From Terracidiphilus sp. (lineage in GTDB: Bacteria; Acidobacteriota; Terriglobia; Terriglobales; Acidobacteriaceae): 64,000 nt of DNA. Within the stretch, counting starts at the first letter, position 1; each line of letters begins with the position of its first letter. The notes beneath the pieces are model-generated. The model was not told the origin of the DNA. It did not search any database and saw only the letters and a list, made by a program, of their open reading frames with translations. Shown here one piece after another: positions 30,785 to 41,600 of the stretch. Where the stretch lies: positions 29,390 through 93,389 of the forward strand of contig DATDLS010000572.1 of assembly GCA_036519195.1 (NCBI GenBank), written 5' to 3'. The position numbers were made by a program, and so were the translations under genes.

Positions 30785-31768
30785 ATGAAGGTCTTTCGAT
30801 TCTTGGCTGTGGTTGCGGTGATGGTTGTATTGTACGTCGAGGCGGTTGGTGGATGGACCGCCGCATACGGGCAAAAACCCGGCTCCACATCGCAGACTGC
30901 GGTCAAGCCTGAACTTGCAATTCTGGACACAGATATCGGCGACGACTACGACGACGCCACTGCGACAGCCCTTGCTTTGAATAGCCCGGAGCTGCAGCTT
31001 TTAGGCATCACCACACCCTACGGTAATACTGAACTGCGAGCACGGCTATTGGACCGCTTTCTGGCAGCGGTGAACCGCAAGGACATTCCCGTAGCAGCGG
31101 GCGTTCCCACGCCCTCCACCAATGTCTTTACTCAAGCCGCATACGCCCGTCAGGCACCGGAACGAAAGCATCCGGACGCTGCTCAATTCATTCTCGGTCA
31201 GATTCACGCACACCCTGGCGAGATAACGCTGATCGCCATCGGCCCGCTAACCAATATTCAGGCTGCAATTGAGCGCGACCCCGCTACATTTCGCAAGCTT
31301 AGGCGGGTGGTGATGATGGGGGGCAGCGTGTACAGAGGCTATGGTGATGCAAAGGCCCCACCCGTGCCTGAGTGGAACATCCTCTGTGACCCAACGGGAG
31401 CGAAGGAACTGCTGGCCTCTGGTGTGCCGGTTTTTATGCTGCCGCTGGACTCGACGCAGATCCCTCTGGACACAACGAGAAGGGAGGATGTCTTTTCCCA
31501 TGGCTCCCCTCTCACTGACCAGCTGACCTTGCTCTACCATCAGTGGCTTGCTGGGACAAATGGCCATCCGCTTGCACCAATTCTCTACGACTCGGTAGCC
31601 GTCGCCTACTCTGTTCGCCCGGATCTATGTCCGACGGTGCCTATGCACCTGGAAGTCGACGACAAGGGCTTGACGCGACCCGTGGATGGTGCGCCCAATG
31701 TCCAGGTCTGCCTAAGGGCAGACGAGAAGGGCTTTCTTGACTTCGAATTGGGACGGATCACGAAGTAA
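30785..31768 (+). CDS. Exported nucleoside hydrolase (IU-NH family)
   Basis: Signal peptide, ILDTDIGDDYDDA, LIAIGPLTNI, VVMMGGS, EWNILCDP, PLDST. Confidence 0.9.
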   Translation: MKVFRFLAVVAVMVVLYVEAVGGWTAAYGQKPGSTSQTAVKPELAILDTDIGDDYDDATATALALNSPELQLLGITTPYGNTELRARLLDRFLAAVNRKDIPVAAGVPTPSTNVFTQAAYARQAPERKHPDAAQFILGQIHAHPGEITLIAIGPLTNIQAAIERDPATFRKLRRVVMMGGSVYRGYGDAKAPPVPEWNILCDPTGAKELLASGVPVFMLPLDSTQIPLDTTRREDVFSHGSPLTDQLTLLYHQWLAGTNGHPLAPILYDSVAVAYSVRPDLCPTVPMHLEVDDKGLTRPVDGAPNVQVCLRADEKGFLDFELGRITK

Positions 31769-32162
31769 ACTGTGCGCCGAGCGACCGAGGAGCGCAATTG
31801 CACGCCGGCGGCCCTAAATGGTTGCAAGCGAGGCTGAGAACCGAAAATTGGTAAGGGGAACATCGAATATATGAAGACGTATTTTGGAGGATTTTGTGTC
31901 CGGTGGCTTGCCCGGTTTAATCGAGGCGCATCGGGAACTGATGCATGTGGCAGGTAATATAGCGCGGCGCGGAGATGTTTCGAGTTGCCGAAGAGCCTAC
32001 TCTGCAATAGATCGAGTGTCGGATTCTTGCGGCAGATGCTGGGTTTCGGGTCGAATCCGTGAACTGCAGGGGTTTTCCAGAAACTGCAGTGACGTCTTGA
32101 GGCGCATCACATTGCTCGCTGTCCGTCAAGAAACAACTGGAGATTGTGAGTGGGTATTAATA

Positions 32163-32250
32163 GTTGCATAAGTAATTTCATGGTTAGCAAGCCTCTGAGG
32201 CGTACCGAAGTTAGAGATATGAGTTTAAATAGTGTAATTATTTATGCAAC
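32163..32250. repeat. 88-bp AT-rich element with 15-bp terminal inverted repeats
   Basis: GTTGCATAAGTAATT (32163-32177) and AATTATTTATGCAAC (32236-32250) are complementary with one mismatch. Confidence 0.6.
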
Positions 32251-32273
32251 GATTTATACATTTCATCAGCCGT

Positions 32274-33444
32274 CTAATTCGGAGAGGCCGCCGGATGCAA
32301 CGCCTGTTTTAGTTCATCCCCGATTTTCCTCAACTGCTTGAATGTCTCCATCTCCTTTGTGGCCTCGTCCTTGTTTCCCATTTGCCGGTACAAAACCGCG
32401 AGATGATAGTGGAATTCGGCATCATAGGGTTCGCTGCGAACCGCTGCCTGCAGATACTCAAGTGCTTGTTGCTGTTTGCCTTCCTCCACAAGTTGCCCGG
32501 CAAGACCTGCTTTTGCGCACGCGGCCTCGGAGTCCAATCTCAGAGCTTGCGTGAAGTGCTTTGAGGCCCCTGCCGGATTCGATCGCAACAACTCGACCTC
32601 GGCCAACTGACATTCGTAGCGCGCATCGCCAGGGTTCAAGCGCAATGAAGACTCGAACTCATGCTGCGCTTCCGCCAGGCTTGTATCCAAATGAGAATCG
32701 GCGAGGATGGCCTGTCCCAGTTCAAAGTGCAGGTCGGGTGCATCGGGAGTGATAACCAGCGCCGCCCTGTATTCAGTGATCGCCGCTTCGGTGCGGCCAT
32801 CGTTCACCAGATGTTCAGCCAACGCGCGGTGTAGTTGTGCAGAATTCGGCGAATCGATTGCCAGCGACTCGATCGCCTGGAATGTCAGCTCCGTGTACAC
32901 CCGAAAAGCCGCATAGGAGACTGCAGTGTCACCAGGATTGGCCTCTTGCAGTGCGGCAAGAATGATACTTGCCTTTTCCAATTCGCCGGTCTGGAATTCA
33001 ATCTCAATTAGTTTCAGTCCAGCTTCGCGCTTCAATTTCGGATCATCGAGTTTGGGAAATGCCGCAGAGAGCAACTTTCTGGCCTCGGCCAGTCGACCCA
33101 AGCGTATCTCGCAGAATCCCAAAAGCGCTTGTACCCTGCTCTGTGAAGGTTGAAGTTCGAGGGCCGCATCGAGTTCTTCAGCAGCCTTGTTCCAGTCGCC
33201 GGTCGACATGGCAACCACTCCCAAATTGGCGCGGGCCTCAACGTTTCTCGGGTCGAGTTTGAGAACGGCCTCGTATGCATGTGTCGCGACATCAGGTTGG
33301 TTGGCTCGAAGAGCTGTTTGCGCTTGGTCCATATAGGCCCGAATCTCTGCGGAGGAATTCGACTGAGCCAGTCCCTCAATGGTCATCATTAGGAAAAAGG
33401 ACGGTATATCCGATCGAAGCGGCAGAACTTAGATACGGTTTCAC
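32274..33444 (-). CDS. Tetratricopeptide repeat protein; signal-peptide region apparently frameshifted
   Basis: Multiple TPR units (A..NLG, LHFELG, FHYHLA). GGAG RBS and GTG at 33444 join the 33389 ORF only if one base is removed from the A5 run at 33394-33398. Confidence 0.8.
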
Positions 33445-33689
33445 GCGGATCTCCAGGCTTGATTTAAGACATCTTTCGGCGATTTTTCTGGTCGTGTTTC
33501 GCAGGAAGCAGCTTACGCTCAACTCCCAGCTGTGTGAAGTGATTTCTTAGATTTTCAATCCCGGCCGACAAGTCGAAGCCAAGGCACCCCTGATCATATC
33601 GCGCGCGGTCGCGGGTGACGAGTCAGAAATTCGTCTATGAGAATCATGATTCCTGCCTGGATTCGCTATACTCCAGGGCTTGAAAGAGC

Positions 33690-33990
33690 CGTGTTCGCTC
33701 CCCGCTCATTCGATTTGTTACAACCACCCTGCGGCCATTGGCTCCATGAACTTAATCTTCCCCGCCGGTTTCCGAATTCCGGAGGACATTGCCGTCATTG
33801 GAGCTGGCAACGTTCGATATGCTGAGTCTTCCCTTCTGCCGCTCTCCTTGATCGACATCTCCAGAACCGCTCCCTGTGAACAAAAAGGCTGGTTTTTGAC
33901 GTCGTGGATCATAATCCTCGGCTACACCCCAAAATTGTACCGATCCGGTCGAAGGTCCTCGTGCGGGATTCAAGCCTCCCGGGAGCTGGA
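33690..33990 (+). pseudogene. LacI-family regulator C-terminal remnant
   Basis: ICYNHPAAIGSMNLIFPAGFRIPEDIAVIGAGNVRYAESSLLPLSLID matches the LacI sugar-binding C-terminus; no HTH; boundaries approximate. Confidence 0.75.
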
Positions 33991-34041
33991 GATCGGCTCG
34001 CAGGAGCCGGTCGATGAACAACGGACGCCGCGGGGTATCAA

Positions 34042-34431
34042 TCAGGACGATTGAATAATCATGTTCGCATAAGGAACCGTGTCTCCCGTGCGAATTAGAC
34101 CGGTTGCCTCCGGGACACGCATTTTAAACATTGTATGCGGCTCGTAGGACAGAGCAATGCCTCGCAAAGACTCCGCAAACTCATCACAAGTGCGCGGTAC
34201 ATTGAAAGTGAAAAACTCTTCAGCCATCAAGATATGGCCAATCGTGAAGTTGGTTCGTATCGCACGTAGAACATCCAGCACTCGTGGAACGTCGTCGACC
34301 AGAGAGAGGTCGATTGTTTCAATCGTCGAAAAAAACGGGAATCCACGATCCGCAATGACGAATGTATTTGTGTGTCGTACCCTACTCAAAAGAGCATTCA
34401 GTTGCGGATTGAGTATCCCGGTCTTCAACAT
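34042..34431 (-). CDS. RbsD/FucU family pyranase/mutarotase
   Basis: MLKTGILNPQL...HTNTFVIADRGFP...IRTGDTVPYAN. Confidence 0.9.
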   Translation of the reverse strand: MLKTGILNPQLNALLSRVRHTNTFVIADRGFPFFSTIETIDLSLVDDVPRVLDVLRAIRTNFTIGHILMAEEFFTFNVPRTCDEFAESLRGIALSYEPHTMFKMRVPEATGLIRTGDTVPYANMIIQSS

Positions 34432-34507
34432 CTCGCTCACTTCCCTTCCTTGCGGCCCACATGTCTGAGGTTTCTACAATTGCTTGACGTAGCAATCGAG
34501 CGCTGCA

Positions 34508-35000
34508 TCAACGATAGACGCCGCTCACTAGAAACCCGCCATCAACCGCAAGAATCTGACCGGTCATAAACGAAGCTTCATCAAATGTAAAATACACGGC
34601 CGACCCACCAACTCCTCAGCAAAGCCAAACCGGTTCCCGGGTATCCGACTCAGGACCACAGAACGGCGTTCGATGTGATCGAGCATGTTTGCGTTGATAG
34701 CGATACAAAAGATGCCAAGTGCAATCGCGTTGACTTAGACTCCCTGTTTGGACCATTCTACCCCAAGCAATCTGGTTAGAGAACCAGGTGCGGCTTTGCT
34801 GGCACCATAGGCGGCAGCTTCCAAAAGACCCACAAAAGTGAAAAGCGAAGCGCTGTTGATGATGCGCCAATTGCCCCTTCTAAGCATTGCTTCGCCTGAG
34901 GTTTGGCAGATGTAAAGCGTTTTGTTGAGGTTTGTGTCGACGACACTCGATCGGTCTTCAGCAACGAGGTCTTTCGCTTTGAGGATAACGGTTTCAAATT
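34508..35000 (-). pseudogene. SDR oxidoreductase remnant (KduD/gluconate-5-dehydrogenase-like)
   Basis: DTNL...RIINSASL...AYGASKAA...VEWSKQGV*VNAIALG...(frameshift)...FMTGQILAVDGGF; 5' end missing; boundary approximate. Confidence 0.8.
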
Positions 35001-35194
35001 GGCTGCGGAAGACTTTCAAAAGGTGTGTTTCGGGGAGACTGAGATCGTAGAGTTCCGGGTGCGACGGAATGACTAAACTCTGCGCGTTCCATAGCTCTTG
35101 ATGGCACACGACTACGCTGTTTTCGCCGCGATGATATGACTTCGATGGATCCGAGCCCAAATGGATTTTCGACGGCTTCGAAGGATGGCCCCTT

Positions 35195-35570
35195 GCCGAA
35201 TCCCGCCGCTCGTCAGCAGCAATTCACCGGTCAGGCATCGCGAATCATCCGACGCCAGGAACACCGCAACCGGCGCAATATTGTTGGCCTGTCCTGTAGG
35301 CCCCAGAAGCGAAATCGACTCCGCGAGCTTCTGCAAATCACTCCCGATAACGCCTGCGCTATGCGTACCTTCCGTCTCGACCACGCCCGGTTTGATCGAG
35401 TTCACCTGAATTTTCTTCGCCGACAATTCTTTCGCAAGCACGCGCGTCACCGAATCGACCGCACACTTGCCTGCGGTATACACGCTCGCTGCCGGCCGGT
35501 TGCGAGAGGTTACGCGGAGCCGACATTGATGATGCTGCCGCCTTCAGAGCCGAAGTACTTCAGTGCCCCG
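35195..35570 (-). pseudogene. Second SDR oxidoreductase remnant (FabG/glucose-dehydrogenase-like)
   Basis: GGSIINVGS, break, then VYTAGKCAVDSVTRVLAKEL...VNSIKPG.VETEG...AVFLASDDSRCLTGE; N-terminal half absent. Confidence 0.8.
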
Positions 35571-35816
35571 GCGAGCTCAAATTCAGCCCCAGGAGCGTGG
35601 ATGTATGGAAAGGCATGGCACACGGATGCCAGTCTCACATTGGACAACTGGCCACCTCTACCAATGCAATCGATGAGATCGGTAGGTTTCTGGCCGATCG
35701 GCTGCAGGCATCCGCGAAATAACAGGCGATACAATCATGCCTTAAATGAGCGCAAGCCCCTAGATTCTTAGCTATATGCGCCCGCTTAGTACAGATGGGA
35801 ACTTGTCCATGAAGGA

Positions 35817-36482
35817 TCAAGTATGAATCAACGCCTCGAACAGCTCTTCTGCCATTTTCTGCAAATGGTTTGCGGGCAGAAGTTCGGGTCGGAAGTGGCT
35901 CTCAAGAACCAGCGCACTCAGTGCCCCCCCCATCACGGCCAGGCGCCGCTCCACGGCAGTTCGTCTCGCTCTGGACAAGCTCTTACCGAACAGCATTTCG
36001 ACAAGATTGTTGGCTGATACTTTGAATAAGGAGTCGTAGAGCTTCAGCAATTTCTCGCTGAGTTCGGGCCGCCGAACCGCATACAACTTGAATTCCAGGG
36101 TGAGCGTTCCCCACGATGGGTCGCAGACCTGAGCCGCAACCCAACGCTTGAAGATGCCAGGGCGCTTCCTCAAATCCGGCTCATCTTCGATCTTCTTGCA
36201 CACCGCAGCGAATTTCGTATGGACACAGTGTTCCATCAACTCCAGAAAGAGATCTTCTTTACTCACATAGTGGGCATAGATGGCGCCGCGAGAACAGCCA
36301 GCTCGAGCGGCGACCTCATCCAATTGCGTGTTCTCGAATCCCAATTCAGCAAACAGCGACTGGGCGGCGTCCAAGATCTTCGCCTTGGTGGTCTCTGTAC
36401 GGGCTTGGGGTTTATTTTTTAGTGTTCTAACCGGCCGCGGCATCCTCGTAATTCTATGCGACGAAGTGACAAGAGCGTCCAT
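35817..36482 (-). CDS. TetR/AcrR family regulator
   Basis: TKAKILDAAQSLFAELGFENTQLDEVAARAGCSRGAIYAHYVSKEDLF HTH. Confidence 0.95.
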   Translation of the reverse strand: MDALVTSSHRITRMPRPVRTLKNKPQARTETTKAKILDAAQSLFAELGFENTQLDEVAARAGCSRGAIYAHYVSKEDLFLELMEHCVHTKFAAVCKKIEDEPDLRKRPGIFKRWVAAQVCDPSWGTLTLEFKLYAVRRPELSEKLLKLYDSLFKVSANNLVEMLFGKSLSRARRTAVERRLAVMGGALSALVLESHFRPELLPANHLQKMAEELFEALIHT

Positions 36483-36494
36483 CGAGCCTATTAT

Positions 36495-36514
36495 AAAACC
36501 AACGCGTATGTTTT
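36495..36514. promoter_or_regulatory. Candidate TetR operator
   Basis: Imperfect palindrome AAAAC-CA-ACGCGT-AT-GTTTT between divergent tetR and tolC. Confidence 0.45.
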
Positions 36515-36716
36515 TAAAAGAAAAAAATGGTCATCAATACGAATGCCAGACTGATGACTCTTCAGGTCCAACGGTGTTTCAGAAGAGAGTCGAAGGGGTC
36601 AAATGCATGTGCGAAGAAGGTCTCGTCGCCGCCAACGGTTTCGCGAAAAGGTCAGCAAAGAGCCACAAAAGGCTCCTGACCTTGAATTCGGCCGCTAGGA
36701 AGGCGGAGGAGTTCAG

Positions 36717-38309
36717 ATGTCTTTCTTGAGAAAAGAGTGCCGCGCCGAGCTCATAGCGCATTCAAGTCACGTGGGACGAGCGCTGCTGATTGTCTTCGTT
36801 TTATCGACATTCGTTGAAGGCTCGGCTTCGGGTCAGATCCAGTCGCCGCCCCAGGGGGCGGCATCCCGCGCTGTCCAACTCCCGCTCTCAGGTCGTCAGT
36901 CCGGAGGAACCGTTGTACAGCAATCGTCTACTCCGCCGCCCGGATCAAGTGTAAACACGGTCAATACCCAGATCCAGGTACAGGGAGCCTACAACGGAAG
37001 CATACCCGGTAAAGATGCGCCTTCCGGTTCAATTACCCTGACGCTCGATGAAGCAGTCCGCCGCGGGCTGGCAACGAATCTGGGTATTGTTGGTGCGGAT
37101 GCGGCTTCGATGCAGGCGCGTGCACAGCGTCTCCAGGCTCGCAGCTCGCTGTTGCCCAATCTAAGCGGCTCCCTTGCCGAAGATGCGGCGAAGGTCAACC
37201 TGGCAGCGGAAGGTTTCAGCTCCAGCGAATTCGGGAACGCCATCCCGTTCCAGTTTCCGACCGTCGTAGGGCCGTTTCACTACTACGACCTGCACGGCTC
37301 TTTGCAACAAAGTCTGATGGACTTCACCGCCATCCATAACCTGCGGTCCGCAAACCAGTCAGCAAATGCTGCCAGTCTGGACGCGAGGCAGGCACGTGAG
37401 GAGGTGGTGCTGTCGGTTGCAGGAGTGTACCTGCAATTGATGGCCACATTTGCAGAAGTCGAAGAACAGCAGGTGGAAGTACGGTACGCCGAAGCCAGTT
37501 ACAAGCAGGCGCAGGCTCAGGCCGATGCTGGCAACAAGGCTCCGATTGAAGCCAATCGCAGTCTGGTCGAGCTGCAGACGGAACGACAGCGGTTACGCTC
37601 TCAGCTTGGCGACATTGAGAAGCAGAAGAACCAGCTTGCCCGGCTAATCGGCATGCCGCTTGGACTGGACATCCACATCACAGAGAAACTTGAGCCTCTC
37701 CACTCCGAGAGCCCGACTCTCGAAGATGCCGTGCGCCGCGCATGGACAGAGCGTCAGGACCTGAAATCCGCCGAAGCCCAGCTTCACGCGGCGGAGGAAG
37801 CTCGCAAAGCTGCTGGTGCCGAACATCTCCCTTCTGCTTCCGTTAGCGGCCAATATGGACTGCAGGGTACGAATCCGAATCAGGGTTCCGGCGTCTTTCA
37901 GGCCTCGGCATCACTGAACGTCCCAATTTTTCAGGGAGGACGCATCCACGCGGACACGGTCCAGGCCGATGCCGTTCTTGAACAGCGTCGTGCAGAGCTC
38001 GCCGATGAGCGTGGCGTCGTCGAGCTGGATGTACGCAACGCATATATCGACCTCGGGGTCGCCAACGACCAGGTCACCACGGCAGAAGGTAACCGCCAAT
38101 TGTCGCTGCAGAATCTGCAGCAATCGCAGGATCGGTTCGCTGTAGGCGTCGCGGATTCGGTGGAAGTGGTCAATTCTCAAGAGTCTCTTGCCGCCGCCGA
38201 CCATGACTACGTCAGCAGTCTGTTTTCGCAGTATCTCTCCAGAGTCTCGCTTGCTCACGCGATGGGCGAAGCGGAGAAAGATCTTCCCGATCTGTTCAAG
38301 AGGAACTAA
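36717..38309 (+). CDS. TolC family outer-membrane protein
   Basis: LTLDEAVRRGL, ARSSLLP, LNVPIFQGG, repeated OEP halves. Confidence 0.9.
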   Translation: MSFLRKECRAELIAHSSHVGRALLIVFVLSTFVEGSASGQIQSPPQGAASRAVQLPLSGRQSGGTVVQQSSTPPPGSSVNTVNTQIQVQGAYNGSIPGKDAPSGSITLTLDEAVRRGLATNLGIVGADAASMQARAQRLQARSSLLPNLSGSLAEDAAKVNLAAEGFSSSEFGNAIPFQFPTVVGPFHYYDLHGSLQQSLMDFTAIHNLRSANQSANAASLDARQAREEVVLSVAGVYLQLMATFAEVEEQQVEVRYAEASYKQAQAQADAGNKAPIEANRSLVELQTERQRLRSQLGDIEKQKNQLARLIGMPLGLDIHITEKLEPLHSESPTLEDAVRRAWTERQDLKSAEAQLHAAEEARKAAGAEHLPSASVSGQYGLQGTNPNQGSGVFQASASLNVPIFQGGRIHADTVQADAVLEQRRAELADERGVVELDVRNAYIDLGVANDQVTTAEGNRQLSLQNLQQSQDRFAVGVADSVEVVNSQESLAAADHDYVSSLFSQYLSRVSLAHAMGEAEKDLPDLFKRN

Positions 38310-38312
38310 CCA

Positions 38313-39581
38313 ATGAGCCCAGAAGTTCAGACAGACCAACAGAGTGTTGAAGAGAGCAAACAGGACGACCCGCGCCTGGTTGGCCCTGATTCAAAAGCAG
38401 TCGCTTCATCGTCTCCTCGGAGCAGGATTAATCCATTCGTCCTCGCTGTCATCGTCGTCGTGCTGCTTGCGGTCGGGGTGAGCTGGTATCTCTATGCACA
38501 AGGGTTCGAGGAGACCGACGACGCCGAGGTGGATGGACATCTGAATCCCATCGCCGCTCGCATCGACGGCACCGTCAAAGCGGTTTATGTAGACGACAAT
38601 CAATCCGTGCAAGCGGGAAAGCTCATGGTTGAGCTAGATCCAAGGGACTATCAGGTAGCCCTCGACCAGTCCAAAGCCCAGGCAGATCAGGCAGAAGCGC
38701 AGCTTGGCGCCTCGCATCCCAACCTTCCGATCACCCGCATCACCAATCGATCAGATCTCTCCTCACAGCAGGCAGAGGTCACGAATGCGGAAGCCGCCCT
38801 TGCCGCGGCTCGCCACGATCTCGATGCCTCCGTAGCCAAGCTCAGGGAAGCTCAGGCAACCAGCGAACGCAACCAGGCGGACTTCCACAGGTATCAGACG
38901 CTCTATGACAAGAACGAGGTATCCCATGCTGACTATGATCAGTACAAGTCTACGGCGGCGGCACAAGCACAGACGGTGGCTGCCAATGAATCGAGCGTAG
39001 CTTCAGCGCAGAAAACTGTCGAACAGCGTCAGGCCCAATTGGATGAGCAGCGCAGCAAACTCGAGCAGACGGAGAACAGCGCGCCGCTGCAGGTGGCCAT
39101 TCGAGAAGCGGACATCAAAAGCCAGCAGGCTAATGCAGAATCCGCGAAGTCCTCGGTAGAAAAGGCAAATCTCAACATTGCCTATTGCCAGATTGCCGCT
39201 CCTGTGTCGGGCGTCGTTACCCAGCGGAGCGCCGAGGTGGGAGCTCGCATCTCCGCGGGACAACAGCTAATGATGATTGTGCAGATCAATGATCTTTGGG
39301 TGACAGCGAACTTCAAGGAAACGCAGCTTTCCCGGATGCATCCGGGTCAGCCAGTCCGTATTTACGTGGACGCGCTGCACGACACCTTCGATGGCAAGGT
39401 GGAGAGCATGCCTGCTGTTACCGGCTCCCGTACCAGTGTGCTCCCGCCGGAAAACGCCACCGGAAACTATGTAAAGGTCATCCAGCGCCTTTCTGTGCGC
39501 ATCCGGTTCAACCCCAATCAAAAAGACCTCGACAAGCTCCGACCCGGCATGTCGGTCGAGCCCAAGGTTCATTTGGAATAG
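38313..39581 (+). CDS. HlyD/EmrA family adaptor
   Basis: ETDDAEVDG, WVTANFKETQL, LPPENATGNYVKVIQR, LRPGMSV. Confidence 0.95.
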   Translation: MSPEVQTDQQSVEESKQDDPRLVGPDSKAVASSSPRSRINPFVLAVIVVVLLAVGVSWYLYAQGFEETDDAEVDGHLNPIAARIDGTVKAVYVDDNQSVQAGKLMVELDPRDYQVALDQSKAQADQAEAQLGASHPNLPITRITNRSDLSSQQAEVTNAEAALAAARHDLDASVAKLREAQATSERNQADFHRYQTLYDKNEVSHADYDQYKSTAAAQAQTVAANESSVASAQKTVEQRQAQLDEQRSKLEQTENSAPLQVAIREADIKSQQANAESAKSSVEKANLNIAYCQIAAPVSGVVTQRSAEVGARISAGQQLMMIVQINDLWVTANFKETQLSRMHPGQPVRIYVDALHDTFDGKVESMPAVTGSRTSVLPPENATGNYVKVIQRLSVRIRFNPNQKDLDKLRPGMSVEPKVHLE

Positions 39582-39585
39582 AACT

Positions 39586-41178
39586 ATGGCTGACAAAGAA
39601 GTAAACATGACCACCACCGGACGCCCTGCGATCAATCCCTGGATCATCGCGATCACAGTCACGATGGCGACCTTCATGGAGGTGCTCGATTCCTCGATTG
39701 CAAACGTCGCCCTGCCTCACATCGCCGGGACGCTCGGCGCAAGCTCGGAAGAGAGTACCTGGGTGCTTACCAGCTATCTGGTTTCGAGCGCGATTGTGTT
39801 GCCCATGAGCGGTTGGCTTTCGAACGTCATCGGACGGAAACGCTTCTACATGACGTGTGTCGTCATCTTCACTGCCAGTTCGTTTCTCTGTGGACTTGCT
39901 CCCAGCCTTCCCATGCTCATCATCTTCCGCATTCTTCAGGGTGCAGGCGGAGGTGGTCTGCAGCCCAGCGAACAGGCTATTCTCGCAGATACGTTCTCCG
40001 CAAAGCAGCGCGGCATGGCCTTCGCCATGTATGGAATGGCCGTGGTGGTCGCGCCTGCAATCGGCCCAACACTCGGCGGGTGGATCACGGACAACTACAG
40101 TTGGCACTGGATATTTTTCATCAATGTGCCCATCGGCATCCTCTCTCTTTTCCTTACACAGCGTGTCGTCCAAGACCCGGCATATCTGAAAGAGCTTCGT
40201 CGAATCAAGATACGCGTTGACTATATCGGCATTAGTCTCATTGTTGTCGGTGTGGGATTTCTTCAATATGTCCTGGACAAAGGCCAGGAGAAGGATTGGT
40301 TCTCCTCCCACCTCATCCTCATCAGCTTTATCATTGCAATGATTGCGCTGGTTGCACTCGTGATCCGTGAGCTTACGCATGAAAATCCGATCATGGACCT
40401 CCGCATGCTCTCCATCAGAAACTTCGCCATTGCAGTGACCTTCAGCTTCATCCTCGGAATGGTGCTGAACGGAAGTACGATCCTGCTTCCGCAGTTTCTT
40501 CAAAATGACCTCGGCTACACAGCGCAGCTGGCCGGCATGGCGCTTTCTCCGGGAGGCATCGCCCTTGCCGTCATGATGCCCGTTGCCGGTATACTGGCGA
40601 CCAGATTCGATCCTCGTGTCATCATTGCGATAGGTTTTCTACTGACTTCCTTCGGGTTGTTCCACGTAACCAATCTCTACGTTGGCGTCAGTTTCAACAC
40701 AATGGTGATCTATCGCATCATCCAGGTTATCGGCATTCCTCTGATCTTCATACCGATAAGCACCCTCAATTATGTGGGTGTACCGCGGGAGAAGTTCAAT
40801 CAAGTCTCAGGCATCAGCAATTTTATGCGCAACATTGGGGGCGCAATCGGGGTTTCTTTGCTGAACAACTTCATTACCCGGCAGGGTCAGATTCATCGCA
40901 ACGCGCTAACCACGCACACCAATCACGCAAACCCATTCTTTGAGCGTCAGCTGAATGCGATCGCACAGAGTTTCAAAGCTACGGGGATGAGCGCCACAGA
41001 CGCATCCCACCGTGCACTTGCCCAGATCTCCGCGCAGGTCGATCTCCAGTCAAGCGTTCTCGGCTTTGTCAACGCTTTCTGGGTTCTCGGATTGATGACT
41101 TTACTCCTGGTGCCGCTGCCGTTCATCATGCGTCGACCAAGCGCCGAAGAAGCGAAGGCATCTGCAGCGGTGCATTGA
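39586..41178 (+). CDS. DHA2/EmrB family MFS efflux permease
   Basis: MEVLDSSIANVALPHI, WVLTSYLV, GPTLGGWITDNYSWHWIFFINVP. Confidence 0.95.
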   Translation: MADKEVNMTTTGRPAINPWIIAITVTMATFMEVLDSSIANVALPHIAGTLGASSEESTWVLTSYLVSSAIVLPMSGWLSNVIGRKRFYMTCVVIFTASSFLCGLAPSLPMLIIFRILQGAGGGGLQPSEQAILADTFSAKQRGMAFAMYGMAVVVAPAIGPTLGGWITDNYSWHWIFFINVPIGILSLFLTQRVVQDPAYLKELRRIKIRVDYIGISLIVVGVGFLQYVLDKGQEKDWFSSHLILISFIIAMIALVALVIRELTHENPIMDLRMLSIRNFAIAVTFSFILGMVLNGSTILLPQFLQNDLGYTAQLAGMALSPGGIALAVMMPVAGILATRFDPRVIIAIGFLLTSFGLFHVTNLYVGVSFNTMVIYRIIQVIGIPLIFIPISTLNYVGVPREKFNQVSGISNFMRNIGGAIGVSLLNNFITRQGQIHRNALTTHTNHANPFFERQLNAIAQSFKATGMSATDASHRALAQISAQVDLQSSVLGFVNAFWVLGLMTLLLVPLPFIMRRPSAEEAKASAAVH

Positions 41179-41184
41179 GGGGCG

Positions 41185-41323
41185 AATACCGGACCGACCA
41201 AAGAACGCGATACGAGCGCGCATGCTCAAGCCCGCACGCTGTTGCCGAAGTGCCAAGCACTCCAGGAGCAGGTCACTCCGAGAACGAATCGAGCAGAGTG
41301 GCAAGAGCGCGCAGAAACATCAT
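41185..41323 (-). mobile_element. N-terminal remnant of an integrase-core (rve) transposase
   Basis: RSRSDLLLECLALRQQ resembles the 'L.LENLALRQQL' start of rve-type IS transposases; frameshifted and truncated. Confidence 0.55.
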
Positions 41324-41600
41324 CAGGCTTATCATGGCTGCCAGTCTTTCATACAAACTCTACCTACCTGGCAGGCGATTCACTTTCATGAGTCAGGGGC
41401 ACGTTGCTATTTTGGTGAACCACATCTGCTTATCTCATTCTCCTGGCACAGAGGGGATCGGGTTTGCAGCGTAGTAGACTCCGAGCTGGGTGATCGATGT
41501 GAAATAACCGCTTCCGCCCGGTGTGCCGGTAATGCGAGCGCCATCGCCCCAAGTGTCCCTAAAACTGAGGTTATAAGTTTGCCGGTCCCGGCTGAACTGC

